Below, in pieces: positions 1-12,629 of a stretch of DNA of 64,000 nucleotides. The notes under the pieces were generated by a model that made no database searches, was not told the origin of the DNA, and was given only the letters and a program-made list of their open reading frames with translations. How positions within the stretch are numbered: the stretch's first letter is position 1; the number at the start of each line of letters is the position of its first letter. The stretch lies in contig OZ024743.1 in assembly GCA_964016885.1 (NCBI GenBank), positions 368,342,001-368,406,000 on the forward strand. Reading direction: 5' to 3'. The DNA comes from Eledone cirrhosa (lineage: Eukaryota). The position numbers were made by a program, and so were the translations under genes.

Positions 1-235
1 TAGATATATATAGAATGGATATAATCACAATACACATTAGAGCAAAGTTATATTTGTATTCTTATATTTTCCTTAACATAGATATTTGTATAACTTTAGT
101 TCTCAGCTAGCTAATTATTAATATTAGTTTACATACATCTCACCTGCCACTACTGTTGATGTTCTCTCTGTCCATTTATTCTCTATAAACAGTTTGCACT
201 GACTCTAACTTTGTGTCTATAGTATTAGAGTTTGG

Positions 236-455
236 GATTGGCAGAATTGTTAGTGTCACACAAATCCCGAGTGATATTTACTTTGAGTTTGAATCCCACC
301 AAAGTCATCTTTGACTTTCATCTTTTCATGGTCGATAAAATAAGACAGCAGTCATGAACTGGGGTGGGGAAGTCAATATAATTGAATCATCTATCCTCCC
401 CACCTCCATACACATACCAAATTTCTGGACTTGTGCCTAAAGTAGAAACCATTAC
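236..455 (+). mobile_element. tRNA-derived SINE, decayed
   Basis: B-box-like GAGTTTGAATCCC followed by the block CTTTCATC...GGTCGATAAAATAAG...CAGT shared with copies at 5245, 10100, 13890 and 15268. Confidence 0.7.
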
Positions 456-599
456 TATTTGTAGCCTATTTGTTAAAGGAGCCAAGCACTTCTACTTCCA
501 TACTCTGATAAATATGTATGGTTGTTTTTTTTAATAGTAGAATTGTTACAGCTCCTGGGGTTAAGCTAGAATCCGACTTCAGATCAACAAATATAGTGT

Positions 600-2140
600 T
601 CTGGTAGACCATCCACCAACTTTATAAGAAGTCGTCCTCCACACCTGCTACCAGGAACACTCCTGGGGTTCTCTTCAGCGAAGTGCATCCTTGTGAGGTG
701 GAAAGAATACTTTGCTGATCTCCTGAACCCGATCACAACAGCATCTGATGTACATGAGATGCATCTGGGAGAGGTGACTAATTTCTGAGGCTGAGATTAC
801 AAGAGCAGTTAAAGAGCTTAAATGTGGCAAGGTCACTGGGGAAGATGAAACCCGGTCCAAGATGTTAACATCCTTAAATAGAAAAGATATTCTCTGGCTG
901 TCTTATGTGTGCCTAGTGACCTGGCAATCAGGAGTGATAATCCAAATTTTCAAAATGGGAGACAGAGATAGTTCCAATTACAAACGGGTCTCCTAGTTAA
1001 GCTTCCATTGTAAAGTCTATGCTAAGTGTCTGGCAAAGAGATGCAGGGAGATTATTAAGTCCAAGCTAGCTGATGAAAAGCGCAGTTTTCATGCTGGATG
1101 CAGCACTGCAACAGGTCTTCGAGAAATCATGGGAGTATTGCCAAGAGGTATACTCTTGTTTGGTATATCCCAAAAGGCATATGACCATGTTAGATGGGAC
1201 CTGCTGTGGAATGTTCTACAGGAATATGGGATTGATGGTCAGCTTCTTGCTGCCCTGATGTCTTTATACGAATGCCCAAGTATTTGTGTTTGGATATTTT
1301 CATGATCAGGATTGACATGCACAGCCAGGTTGGAAGTGGTATTACGACTGGAGGGTGTAAAATCAGGAGACTGGAAATTGCAGATGACATGGTGTTACTT
1401 AACTTGACAGAAGGTGATTCTGACTTGCACTCAATAGGTTTGATGCTGAGTGCTGTATGGCTGGAATGAAAATCAGTGCTGCCTAAACTGAGACATTCAT
1501 CCTCTCAAGGAAGCCTGTACAGTGCACTCTACATGTGAATGGACTTCCACTGAAGCAGGTGGAGAAGTTCAAGTATCTCAGGGCAATGTTCATGAGTGAT
1601 AGAAGGCAGGAGGTTGAATTAAGTGCAAGAATTGCAGGAGCTGGTGCAGTAATGCTTTAGCATTCAGAAGAAGGGAGGTAGGCATTAATGCCAAACTTGC
1701 TATCTTCAATTTGGTATTTGTGCCAACCCTTAGCAATGGTCATGAATCTTGGACAATGAATACAATCATGAATACAAGTGGCCGAAAGGGGGTTCCTCTG
1801 AAGGGTCTTTGGAATAACATTACTTGATAGAGTGTGTAGCTTGGAGATCAGAGAGTCGCTCTGAATTGGGAGATCACAGCTCCGCTACTATGGGCATGTT
1901 GTTAGAATGTCTCAGGAAAGAATCGCTGGACAGATTTCACAAGCAAAACCAACTGACCCAGGGGTAGACCCTGAGCAAGATGGATGGATAACATCCATAA
2001 GCTCAGTTGGTCTCACTTGGGAATCCAGCCGGATCAGTTGGAAATGGTTGCTTCTGACAGGACTCGCTGGAAGGAGTGTTTGAGGATTCTGCCCCCCCCC
2101 CCCCCCCCCATGACCCTCTTGGAAATAAGTGGGTGAAGGA
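600..2140 (+). mobile_element. RTE-clade LINE (Expander/Rex3-like), 5'-truncated and decayed
   Basis: Frameshifted RT motifs: ELKCGKVTGEDE (~813-849), IADDMVLL (~1376), LKQVEKFKYL (~1550), RYYGHVVRM (~1884). Confidence 0.8.
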
Positions 2141-2439
2141 GATTACAAATCCAACTAAGGTGAAAATTTACTTTCATCCTTTTAGTTGCTTACTGGGGTT
2201 GATATAATCGACTTTTCCTTCCCATTATTTTGCTGCATTATTTTATGTTCCAAATTCAAATCCCACTAGGGTCAGTTTTAAATTCCATTTTTATAAGACC
2301 AGTAAAATATAATTTAAGCATTGTGTTCTATCCACCAAATGACTGTTAGACATCATTATTACTATTATTACTAAGGGTGGTAGATGGCAGATTTAGTAGG
2401 ATGGTTGACAAAATACTCTGCGGCTTTTACTTACATCTT

Positions 2440-2880
2440 TTTTCGCTCTAATGGGAATTAACTGAATTGACCCCTATGAAACGTGATTGGAGTTCCACCG
2501 ATGTAAGTCGAGAAGTACAAGTATCTCAGAGCAGTGTCCGTGACTGATGGAAGGCAGGTGACTGAGTTATGTGCAAGAATTGCAGGAGCTCTTTGGAGTA
2601 ACCTTACTTGATAGTGTGTGTAACTCTGAGACCAGGGAGTCACTGTAAGTAGAGCCGCTACTTCTTTGAATTGAGAAGTCACAACTTCAAAGCTACAAAC
2701 ATGTGGTTAGAATGTCTTGGAAAAGAATTACTGAACATATTTTATGGGAAAACAATTAGCAGGAGACCCAGGAGATCCAGCCAGATCAATATGAGACAGT
2801 TGACTCTGACAAAACCCACTAGAAGGCATGCTTGAGAACTCTGCTCCCATGACCCTCCCAGGAATAAGTAGGTGAAGAAA
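2440..2880 (+). mobile_element. Second decayed 3' fragment of the same RTE family
   Basis: Repeats blocks from 1555-2140 (GAGAAGTACAAGTATCTCAG, GTGCAAGAATTGCAGGAGCT, ATGACCCTC...GAATAAGT). Confidence 0.75.
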
Positions 2881-3104
2881 ACTGCCCCTTTTCTATAGAT
2901 TTTTGCCCAAGTTAGAAATCAATATTATAGTTAATATTACTGGGGTAGTGAGTGGTAAAAACATTAGAGTATACTGAAATAAATGCTTTGTATTCAGTCT
3001 TATCCTTTTACATTCAGATTTCAAGGTATATCAGCATTGGTATTGCTTTTCATTCATCTGGGGTCAATACAGATAAATATCAGTTTTTACTGGAAAATAA
3101 TGTG

Positions 3105-3355
3105 CTTTTTTTATAGGACCACAGCAACGAAAATAGGACAATAGATGCTAAAAATAACAAAGTTGTTGGAATGTTACCTTTAGGGTGTTTAATTAGTCCT
3201 TAATATTGCAGGATAAAATCCATTCATCAAAAGATTTTAGGCTCCATATATTAAGGACTAATTAAATACCCAAATAAACATTCCAATAATTTGTTAATTA
3301 TCTTTATCATTTAATGTTTTATTTGCATTATTGTATTAGACCTCTACAAAAAAAC
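3105..3355. repeat. Decayed fold-back (inverted repeat) element
   Basis: GGGTGTTTAATTAGTCCTTAATAT pairs with ATATTAAGGACTAATTAAATACCC, and GTTGTTGGAATGTT with AACATTCCAATAAT. The centre, read on the minus strand, is TTGATGA-atggattttatcct-GCAA, a hammerhead-core-like remnant. Confidence 0.7.
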
Positions 3356-5244
3356 CCCACAATTTTCTACACTTTCCACAATGTTTCAAGCAATCTACAA
3401 AATCCTCTTATTTAGTAACCCTTCTCAAAGTATTTCTTTACTTACTAATCATTGACAAACCTTTTGACCATAGCTTTAGTCATTTCTAAGCCACTAGAGC
3501 AAATATTGACTAATCAATACAATATAAGCTGTGGCATGTAATGTTTTTAATGGTTAGGTTTTTTTAGATGTATGGATAAACATTTTTCACCTGCTTTATA
3601 TATATAATTCTATTGTTAGATCATCATCCTTAAATGTCAGTTTTCCCTGCTAGCAAGGGCTGGAAAATTCATCACACAGCTACTGACTTCTGATGCATTT
3701 CGCCCACATACATTCCCATACTCTACAGTGTATACTAGGTGTATTTTATTGTGGCACCAGCACTTGAGAGGGTGTCTTTAGCACAACTGACCATTTGCTT
3801 GTACAGCTGGATGTCTTAACAGAGGGATTATGATCTTGACACAACTGAAGTCTCCTCTCAACTCTTTGCTGGTATTGTTTCTATAGCTAAATGCCCTTCC
3901 TATCACTAACCATGTTACAGGGCATACCATGTGTATTTTGTTGTGGCACCAACACTAGAGAAGTTGCTATGTCATGACTGGAGGATCCTCTCAACCCTGG
4001 CACGGTTTCCACTGCTGGAAACCCTCCTTAATGCCACTCACTTTACAAAGTATTGGGTGTATTTTGTGGTGTACCAGCACTAAAGGGATTACCAGTCATT
4101 AACTCAACTGATGTATTCCATGAGTAAGAGGCAATGCATGTGTGGAGCATGACAAGTATAATGTCTTGGATTTATGACAGGTGTGATAGGTGGAGTGGCG
4201 AAAGTATCTCATGGGTGTATGGTACGTGTGGGTAGGGATTGCCACACTAATGAGAGGGATAGGAAGCTAGAGAGGGTACAGTGATAATATGAACAGCTAC
4301 TAAGGAGTTATAACTGGTGCTTTATGATTTAGGGGTGGAGGTAATTTTGCGTAGAATGAGGTTGAGGTGGAATATACGGGGGGAGGGGGGTAGCAGAGGG
4401 CAGTGGTTACGTGGATGGGTCAGTTAACATTTTATGCTGGTAGGTGGTAGACTTGTCTTCCACTTTCTTCACAGACAAGAATAGAATAGCTTTAATGAAT
4501 TTGTTGATCCCTTACACAGATATCATCCTTCTCTCATATCTGGAATATTGTCCATTTTTGTTCATCTGCATCTTTGACCATAGCCAAAATACATTCACTT
4601 CATTGGCAAATTTCTCAAAGTGCATCTGACGTTGGCTTCTAAAATTGGCTTCTACATTTGTGGACCATTTCAGATTCACTCAGTGCCTTTAGCAACATAT
4701 TTACATTTGAAGATTCAATACGTTATCCAATTAACACTCTTTTTCTTAATATTTTTTATCCATCCTATGTTACAATGAATAGATGGAAAAGATTTCAAAA
4801 ATATGGATATATGTATATTGTTAGTGCAATTGTTTTTATAATTAATTGTATGCCTTTTATTCTGCAGTTCATCCAACCTAGGATACAATACAATGGTTGT
4901 AGTAAAGTTTGAACTCTGATCTATGTAATTGGTAGTGTAACCTGTTAACCTCATAACCAAGTTATTTTTAGAATATTTAATCCTGCACTTTTTAGTTCTT
5001 ATCCCTATTTCATGCCAGAAAATTCTAGTTTATTCATTCTCATTATATTCTCAGTAATAATGATGAGAGCAGCCTGTATTGATATATAATTTCCAGAATA
5101 TTCATTGCAGCTATTGGTTCTGTATCTTTCTTTCATGGGATAAAATTTAATTTTGTCAGACTGAATAATAATGAACATAGAAATAATAATAATAATGATA
5201 GCTAAGAAAAATTATCTAAGTCTATATTATTATTATTATCATTA

Positions 5245-5460
5245 TGGTAGATTGGCAATATCAGTAGAGCGTCGGACAACATGCTTTGCAACATAGTGTT
5301 ACAGCCCTTTACGTTCTGATTTCAAATCCCACTGAGGTTAGCTTTACCTTTCATCCTTACAGATGCAATAAAATATAGTACCAATAATGCATTGGGGTCG
5401 ATTTAATCGACTTTCCCTTCCCCAAAATTGTTGGCCTTGTGCCTCCATCAGAAATCATTA
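5245..5460 (+). mobile_element. tRNA-derived SINE
   Basis: TTGGCAATATCAGTAGAG head, TTCAAATCCC B box and the shared TTTCATCCTTAC...AATAAAATA..GTACCA block. Confidence 0.75.
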
Positions 5461-5623
5461 TTATTATTGTTTTACCTCTTCCTTCAGTTTTGTTTCCATT
5501 TTTTGCCAAGTGTCTTCCTGATACCTAGGGCAAATAAACTGACTGTATTCATTAGTAAGCCAAAGAAGTTAACACACCATATTGATTATATTTACAGCTT
5601 AAAAAATATCTATATCTATACAC

Positions 5624-5903
5624 ACACAAATTTAATATAGAAATGTCTCCTACAGGACTAGAAATGTTTCATTCAAAGGAAATCATTGGGAAAGCCAACT
5701 GTCATTGTAATACAGTGGTATTTGTATGTTTTCTGGTGATTGAGGAAGATGGTGATTTTGAGGATGGGTAAAGGTCTTAGGTCCGGGGATTTTAAAGAAC
5801 AGGATTCTTTGAAAAAACTATATGATAGTTGATTTTCCTGATGATTTCCTTCAAATGAAATAGTTCTACTCTTGTAGAAGCCATATCTATATTAAATTTG
5901 TTG
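5624..5903. repeat. Inverted-repeat element with ~80-bp arms and decayed hammerhead-like cores facing outward
   Basis: 5624-5705 is an imperfect reverse complement of 5823-5903. The right arm has CTGATGA (5838-5844) and GAAA (5857-5860). Confidence 0.65.
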
Positions 5904-5958
5904 TTTACACACTACTAATGTATTGAGTACCTTACTTACTGTGGTCACCCCTGAAACT

Positions 5959-5989
<31 letters not shown>

Positions 5990-6081
5990 TAAGTCATTAA
6001 GTATGAGATGTTTGATTTTGAATTGAAAGTATTTAAAGAAATAGATTTCATACTTAAGGGCCTAGTATATATATATATATA

Positions 6082-6280
6082 ATAAAGGAAATGTGGTAAG
6101 GAACCAGGTGGACCATAACGCACCAAAGTACTCAATACTTAGGGTAGTAGAGTGGGTAATTGGAACGAGTAGGACCCCGACGGCTGAGCTCAAGCCGTTT
6201 CGACGGCTAATTCTGGACTAAATTTAGTCCAGAATTAGCCGTCGAAACGGCTTGAGCTCAGCCGTCGGGGTCCTACTCGT

Positions 6281-6283
<3 letters not shown>
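6082..6283 (-). mobile_element. Short element in (TA)n: perfect 118-bp palindrome plus ~80-bp tail, probably derived from a Penelope pseudo-LTR
   Basis: 6164-6281 is a perfect palindrome centred at 6222/6223. The tail matches 15135-15200 in the opposite orientation. Confidence 0.75.
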
Positions 6284-6314
<31 letters not shown>

Positions 6315-6344
6315 ATCCATCCATGCACACACAGACATACATGG

Positions 6345-8215
6345 AGGTTTATCATTCTTAGTGGCTCTTACAATCATGAGTATTGTAATGGCCTTCTGGT
6401 GCCCCATTTTTTTCAATTTCAATGAGCAAATCTTTATATTTTCTGAGCTTGTCAAATTCTTTTGCCACAATATTGTGATCAAATGGGATGCTCATAGCAA
6501 TCAATAAATAGACTTGGTTATGATGGTCTTTTACAATAATATCAGGTCTGTTAGCTTTGATGGTCCTGTCAGTATGTAGAGGGAAGTTCCAAAGAATTGT
6601 TACATTCCCTCCTTTGGCTACAGTCTCAGAGCATCTTGTGCCACTTGTCAGCAGTTTTGATTTTATAATACCGACATATTAAACAGTGTAGATATTGGCA
6701 AGCTCTGTTATGTCTAGATTTATATTCTACTGGTGCTAGAACTTTACATCCTGAAATTAAATGGTCCACTGTTTCAATCTCATCATTGCAGAACCAGCAC
6801 TTTGGATTTACTCCATTTCTCATCACATTAGCTTGGTAGTTCCAAGTTAATGAGCCTTGATCTTGAGCAGATAAGATGAAGCATTCATTCTCTGCTTTTA
6901 ATCCTGAGATATGTAGCCACTGATGGGTGTGCTTCTGGTCAACATCAGCTTGTCTGCGATTGGCCACATTTTTGCCATGCAGAGGTTTCTGCTCCCACTT
7001 TGATGCTAATTGTTTTTGCCCTTTTTCTTTTGCCATTAATTTTATATTCTTAGCAGCATCAGTTGCAACAGTTCCTTTAGTCTGTCCAACCTGGGTATCA
7101 ATCATAAGACCAGTAGCATAATTTTTGCTCTCCTTCAATGACCTCAATGAGTTCTGGGGAGGTAAAGATGTTCCACTTCTGCTTTGGGTGGTACATCTTG
7201 TTACAAGTTAGTAACTTACAAATTTTGGAGTCGATTCTTTAATTTCACTTATATTCCAGTTCAACACACCGAAGCTATAAGTGACAATTAGAACTGCCAT
7301 GGAATTTATGGCTAACAGCTTATGTGCATTTAGTTCTGATTTCAAAACTGTACGTACTCTACTGTAATATTCCTTCCTTATATTCTCTTTCATACTTGCA
7401 TGCTGAATGCTAGAGCTCTCATTAATCCCTAAGTATTTATTGACTTGTCATTGCTCAAGTTCCTTTATGACTGTTTCAACATCTAATACAACTGAGTTTG
7501 AGTTGATAACTTCGCCTTCTTGAAAGTGGCCTTAGCACATTTCTCAAGTTCAAACTCCATCCTGATGTCATCACTAAATGTTTTTTTAGTCCACAAAAGG
7601 CCTTCAAGCTCGTCATTGTCTTTGCTATATAGCTTTAAATCATCCATATAAAACAGGTGGCTTATTTTCTTGTTGCCAATTTTGTAATCATACCCTGTTC
7701 TATTAAGTTCCGTTGTAAGGGGTATTAAAGCTATGCAAAAAATTAAGGGTGAAACGAGTCACCTTGGAAAATGCCACAGTTGATGTTTATATTCTTAGAA
7801 CTTAGTATTCAATTGGAATGACATAATTGGAGATTTGTGTTCCACAATGACAGTATGTTTCAGGAAGTTTGAAATTACAGGTGAGATTTTGAAGATGTCC
7901 AGTGATTTCAGAATCCATGAGTGTGGTATGTAATCAATTCATGCAGAACTGAGATTTCTGCACTTATTATGACAGTTCTCAAGGATCATTTGATTAATCA
8001 AGAGTTGATCTACAACCATATGAACCTTGTTGACACTCTTTTTTTCAATTGTTATTCTCCATTAATACATATGTTTTCTTCATGAGAATAGATATTAAGA
8101 TTTTTTAACTTGAGGATAAGCAGGTTATGGGCTGATCTTTAGTTTCATTGTTCTTTGGGTGACTGATTCCTCCATGAGGGACATGGTCCTTGTTGACCCA
8201 ACTGATGACTGATCC
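6345..8215 (-). mobile_element. R4/Dong-like non-LTR retrotransposon (RT, CCHC knuckle, restriction-like endonuclease), decayed
   Basis: On the minus strand: GIFQGDS (~7775), SHLFYMDDLKLYSKD (~7660-7620), CWFC..ETVDHLISGC..RHN (ORF 6626-7147), ANRPDIIVKD (~6555). Confidence 0.85.
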
Positions 8216-9374
8216 AGTATGGGTTTTTGTCTATAGATAATGTGTGGCTTTTTTGTTGTTTCTTTGTTTTATCCTTCACTGTCAAGGGATAATTTTGTTC
8301 AAGGGGCCACCTCTAGGAAGATTATCAACCAAGACTAGTGAGCTCATTCTGCCTATGAGACACAGCTAGTCCCTGCCAGGTGCCAGTGGTTATATTATTA
8401 ATAGTGTTGTCCTTAATATTTTATTCATGTAAACACTTTGTGGTAGGTAAAGAAATCATTATCACCATCATCAGCATTACCTTCACCATCATTATTAATT
8501 CTATTATTGCTGTTGTTGCTACCCTCTGTAGTCTTGTTAAGATTTCAGCAGCATCCCAGGCATAGTTTGTCTTAAGGGAGAGACTGCTACTATAATTCAT
8601 GGTATTTCATTGGTCTACCAGAGACGCATGGTTACTTTACTGAGGTGGATGGGGTCCGGGTTTGGTCAAGGTAGGTGCTGATTAAGGAAGTGTTGTAAAG
8701 TCAAGTAAAAGCAACAATAACAGTAGTCAGAGAGAAGGGGAGAGCCTAACAGCCCAGAAAGAAAGGGTAATGTGAGTGAGAAAGAGAAGAGAAGCAATGC
8801 CTCTTGAAAAAAACAAAAACAAACATGAATTGGAACAAAATTGAATATTATCATTATTATTGTTATTGTTGTTAGTGATTATATTATTTATTAATTTTTA
8901 TGCCTAACCAATTCATTTTCAAGCATAGCCATTTATCATCCTATTAAATGTATGAATCTGTGAATACAACTCTTGTGTCCGTGTGAACATTTGTCAGTCA
9001 ACAAATAAATACAAAACTACTTACAATGAATTTGTATTTTAACAAAAATCAATGAGGTGAGAAAGATCTTAATTTGTTTTTAATGCCAATAAAAGTAGTG
9101 TAGCTGTGGGGTTAAGCTACTGCACTATTTTCCAAAAGACGATTGGTTTAATCTTTACTGTATCTCTTGTAATGTTTTACTTACTCACTCCAAACACTTA
9201 TTTTCGCAAATATTTATGTATAGACCTGTAACTCCTGATGAAGTTGTAGAGGTTCTGTAGTAATATATGGCATGTCTTGAACATTTTTTAAACCCGGCAG
9301 AGTCCATCTCCTCCCCAAGTCAGAACACAACTGATTTCTTCCAGAGAAGGAGAGAGAGAGAGAGTGATAGAGAG

Positions 9375-9535
9375 GAAGTGAGTAAAAGATAGTGGAACAA
9401 TTGACTTTTTTTTTATTAACCTTGAAAGGATGAAATGCAGTTTACATTGAGTGGATTTGAACTCAGAGTGCAGAGAACCAGAACAACTGCCACAATGCAT
9501 TCTATCCAACTTTCTAACAACTCTGCTAATTTACT
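9375..9535 (-). mobile_element. SINE, decayed
   Basis: The reverse complement contains GAGTTCAAATCC and TTTCATCCTTTC of the same family. Confidence 0.65.
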
Positions 9536-10099
9536 GTCCTTTTATACAAATATAGAAATATAGAAAATTTTAATACTTTGTTTTACTTTTTACCATAATT
9601 AGTGGATCACTTTACTTCAAATATCATCATCAGCATTTCCATGCAGACATAGATTGTACGATGCTTTTTCATGTAAAGTCCCATGATCCGATGGTCTTCT
9701 TGATACCAACTTTGTCACTTACAACATGCAGTGAAACTATGTAAGAACAAATATGTAAATATAGATTATATTCACAGTTGGTAATTCTCATTGCAAAATA
9801 ATTCCAAGAAACTCTTGCTACATGAAATGTCTCCACAGTTCAGATTCAGAGGAGAAAGAAGTAATTTACCTCTTCTCTTTAACTTATGTAAACATGGAGA
9901 ATAAAATAAAAAAAAAAAGGAAGAAACAAAAAGCAAGTAGTAGTGCCTTGTACTTCATAAAATCTTTTAAGGGAACTCTTAAGTATTCCTAAATTTGTTT
10001 ATCCATCCTATTAAATGAGAATGTTAGATAACCCAAGTTATTGATGAGCCCCAAGTCAGCTCTGATCAAGCAGACCTATAATAAAAAGCATTTTATTCA

Positions 10100-10292
10100 A
10101 GGGAGGTGAATTGGCAGTATCGGTAGAGGGTCGGATGCCATGCTTTCCAGCATAGAGTTACGCCCCTTTATGGTCTAAGTTCAAATCCCGCCAAGGTTAA
10201 CTTTGCCTTCCATCCTTACGGGGTCGATAAAATAAAGTACCAGTAATGCACTGGGATAATTGATGGCCTTGTGCCAATAGTAGAAACAATTA
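10100..10292 (+). mobile_element. tRNA-derived SINE
   Basis: TTGGCAGTATCGGTAGAG A-box region, GTTCAAATCCCGCC B box, CATCCTTACGGGGTCGATAAAATAAAGTACCAGT. Near-identical to the copies at 13890 and 15268. Confidence 0.85.
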
Positions 10293-12344
10293 TTTAATGC
10301 ACTCTTTCCTATTTAGATGCAGGATGTGATATGAGGGAAATTTGGCTGCTATTTATAGCAGGCTGCATAATTGACTTTAAGAAGGCAAAGTTGATAGAAC
10401 CCTTTTTTTTCTATCCAGTCCCCCAGTCTTCCTTTACTTTTTAAATGGTCCACTCTCTATAGCATTAAATAGGTATTCCATCTCAGGACCTGATTGACTG
10501 TTTCTTTTCATGTTAGTTGCTATCAACACCTCAACTTTCCTCAGTCCCCAAACTGCTGTTCTCCTCTGCAAAATTGGGATGAGTGCATCCCATCTGAGGA
10601 AGGAGATGTCACTGGCTATTCTTCATGGCAATGCCTTCGCCATTTTATTGTCAGGGTGAATCTGAGACAAACTGCCTAGGCTGTATTGTAAAATCTGCCA
10701 TTCGCTCCCCACTTTCCCTTACTTTCATTATTTATTATCTATTTCTTTCTATTGTATTCATGTACGTTTATTTCTATGAATAAAGATATAGATCTAGCCA
10801 TTAAGAAACAAGATATTCCATAGAGATGCAATTCGCTAATCTAAGTAACTCACATATCACTGACTATTACCACTGTCTCTTGCTCTTGTCAAATACTGTT
10901 GCTAATCACCAAATCCTCTCTTATCCAATATGGATAAACAGAAAAGATTTTGTCATTCATTGATCTATATTTTTGTTTGTTTTGTTTTCCTAGTAATTTT
11001 CCATTTGTTGCCATTAATAACAGCAAAATTTTTGATTACAAAGACCGATTAAGCATTTTCTGAGTTTGTATAACAAAACAAACACATATCAGTTAAATCT
11101 TGTTTATTTCATAATTATTAAATATGTTACTGTCCTGATCAACAACAATTAAATCTTGTTATTTAATTGTTGTTTAAATGTGTGGTTGTCTTGTGTAAAG
11201 GTAAACAGGATTAATTAAATTAGACCTAAAAAACTTTAACACAATCAAACTTATTGACAGTATTCATTACTAGGCTAAAAAATAAATTGCCATGACATGG
11301 AGTGGGTGAATGTTTTAAATGGCACTTGACACTATCACAATCTTGTGTAATATCTCTTATCTCTTTGTAATCAGAATTATTTTCAGTCTTATTATTCATA
11401 AATGGATTTAAAAAATCTCTTTTGATTTCTTTTAGGCTTACATTGTATACTCTGCTTCCATACATTTTAATATATTTAATCTATTCTGTTATTTAAGTTA
11501 ACTTGTAGGTGTGAGGTAATTTGAATGATAAGTAAAAGTTGATTATCCAAACATGTTTACATGCATTTTCTCTATAGGAACATTAAATATATTTTCATAA
11601 TTCTTCCCTAAGAAATTCTCACCCCAACTTCCACCTCCCATGGTTTCATTTCAGTACTTAATTGAAATAGAAAATAAGCAAACATGCAAAATTAGAATAG
11701 AAACTTAGCCAAATGAATTGCCATTGGCTGACATGCTAAAAGATATTTCATGCTGAGTGTATTCTATATTTCTTGTCATCTCAAACAGCTGGATAGGGAA
11801 TTATTTGGAATTATTTAGCATCATTTAGTAGTTCTCTGGTTTGCAGCTGTATTTCCTGATTCTATCATGACATTGTCAAAAGAAAATTAACCATTCCACA
11901 GCATAATATATATATATATAGAGAGAGATATGTGTGTATGTGCATGCATATATATATAATTTAAAAGACTGTATATACATATTTTAATTGGTATAAGTGT
12001 TCTTAAAATAAAAAAAAACATCAAAAACAGAAGGGACAACTTAATAAAAAAAACGTTGACATAAAATGTTTGTTAAACAGAATGATCGGCTGCAAGTTTA
12101 GCAAAGTGTGGCTTGTCAATTGCTGAAAATAAGAAGAAAATTAATATAAAATAAAGAGGAGTTAGTATAAGTAGGAGAGTTCATAGAAAATATATGTTGA
12201 ATGGGAGGTGCATATATATAGCTGTGTATAAAAATTTGTATGTGCGTGTGCTTGTGTCCATGTGTGTGTGCACACATACACACGTGTATGTATATATATA
12301 TATATATATATATACATACATCATCATCATCATACACACACATA

Positions 12345-12570
12345 TAAAGCACCGTCTGCACTGTAAAGAGGTCGTTTTGGTGCCTTGACAAAATGTGTTC
12401 AGTCCACACTGTGAAGTGGTTGTGTTAATGACAGGACAGAAAGCCTCCAGTCAACTTGTAAATGTGATTGGAAGTAGAAGAGGCATCTGATCTGACTTGT
12501 CTCACAACGGGACAACTTGTCTAACCCATGCTATTGTGGAAAATGAGCAGTAAACAGTGATGATGATGAT
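12345..12570 (+). mobile_element. SINE/RTE 3' tail ending in (GAT)n
   Basis: GGACAACTTGTCTAACCCATGCTA...GGAAAA...GATGATGAT, as in the other tails in the window. Confidence 0.65.
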
Positions 12571-12573
12571 ATA

Positions 12574-12629
<56 letters not shown>

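Noticed and set aside
9235-9262. CTGATGA as a hammerhead core
   Set aside because: No stem II or GAAA follows.
11226-11465. 79-aa minus-strand ORF as an exon
   Set aside because: No recognisable motif or convincing splice sites; compatible with chance in AT-rich DNA.
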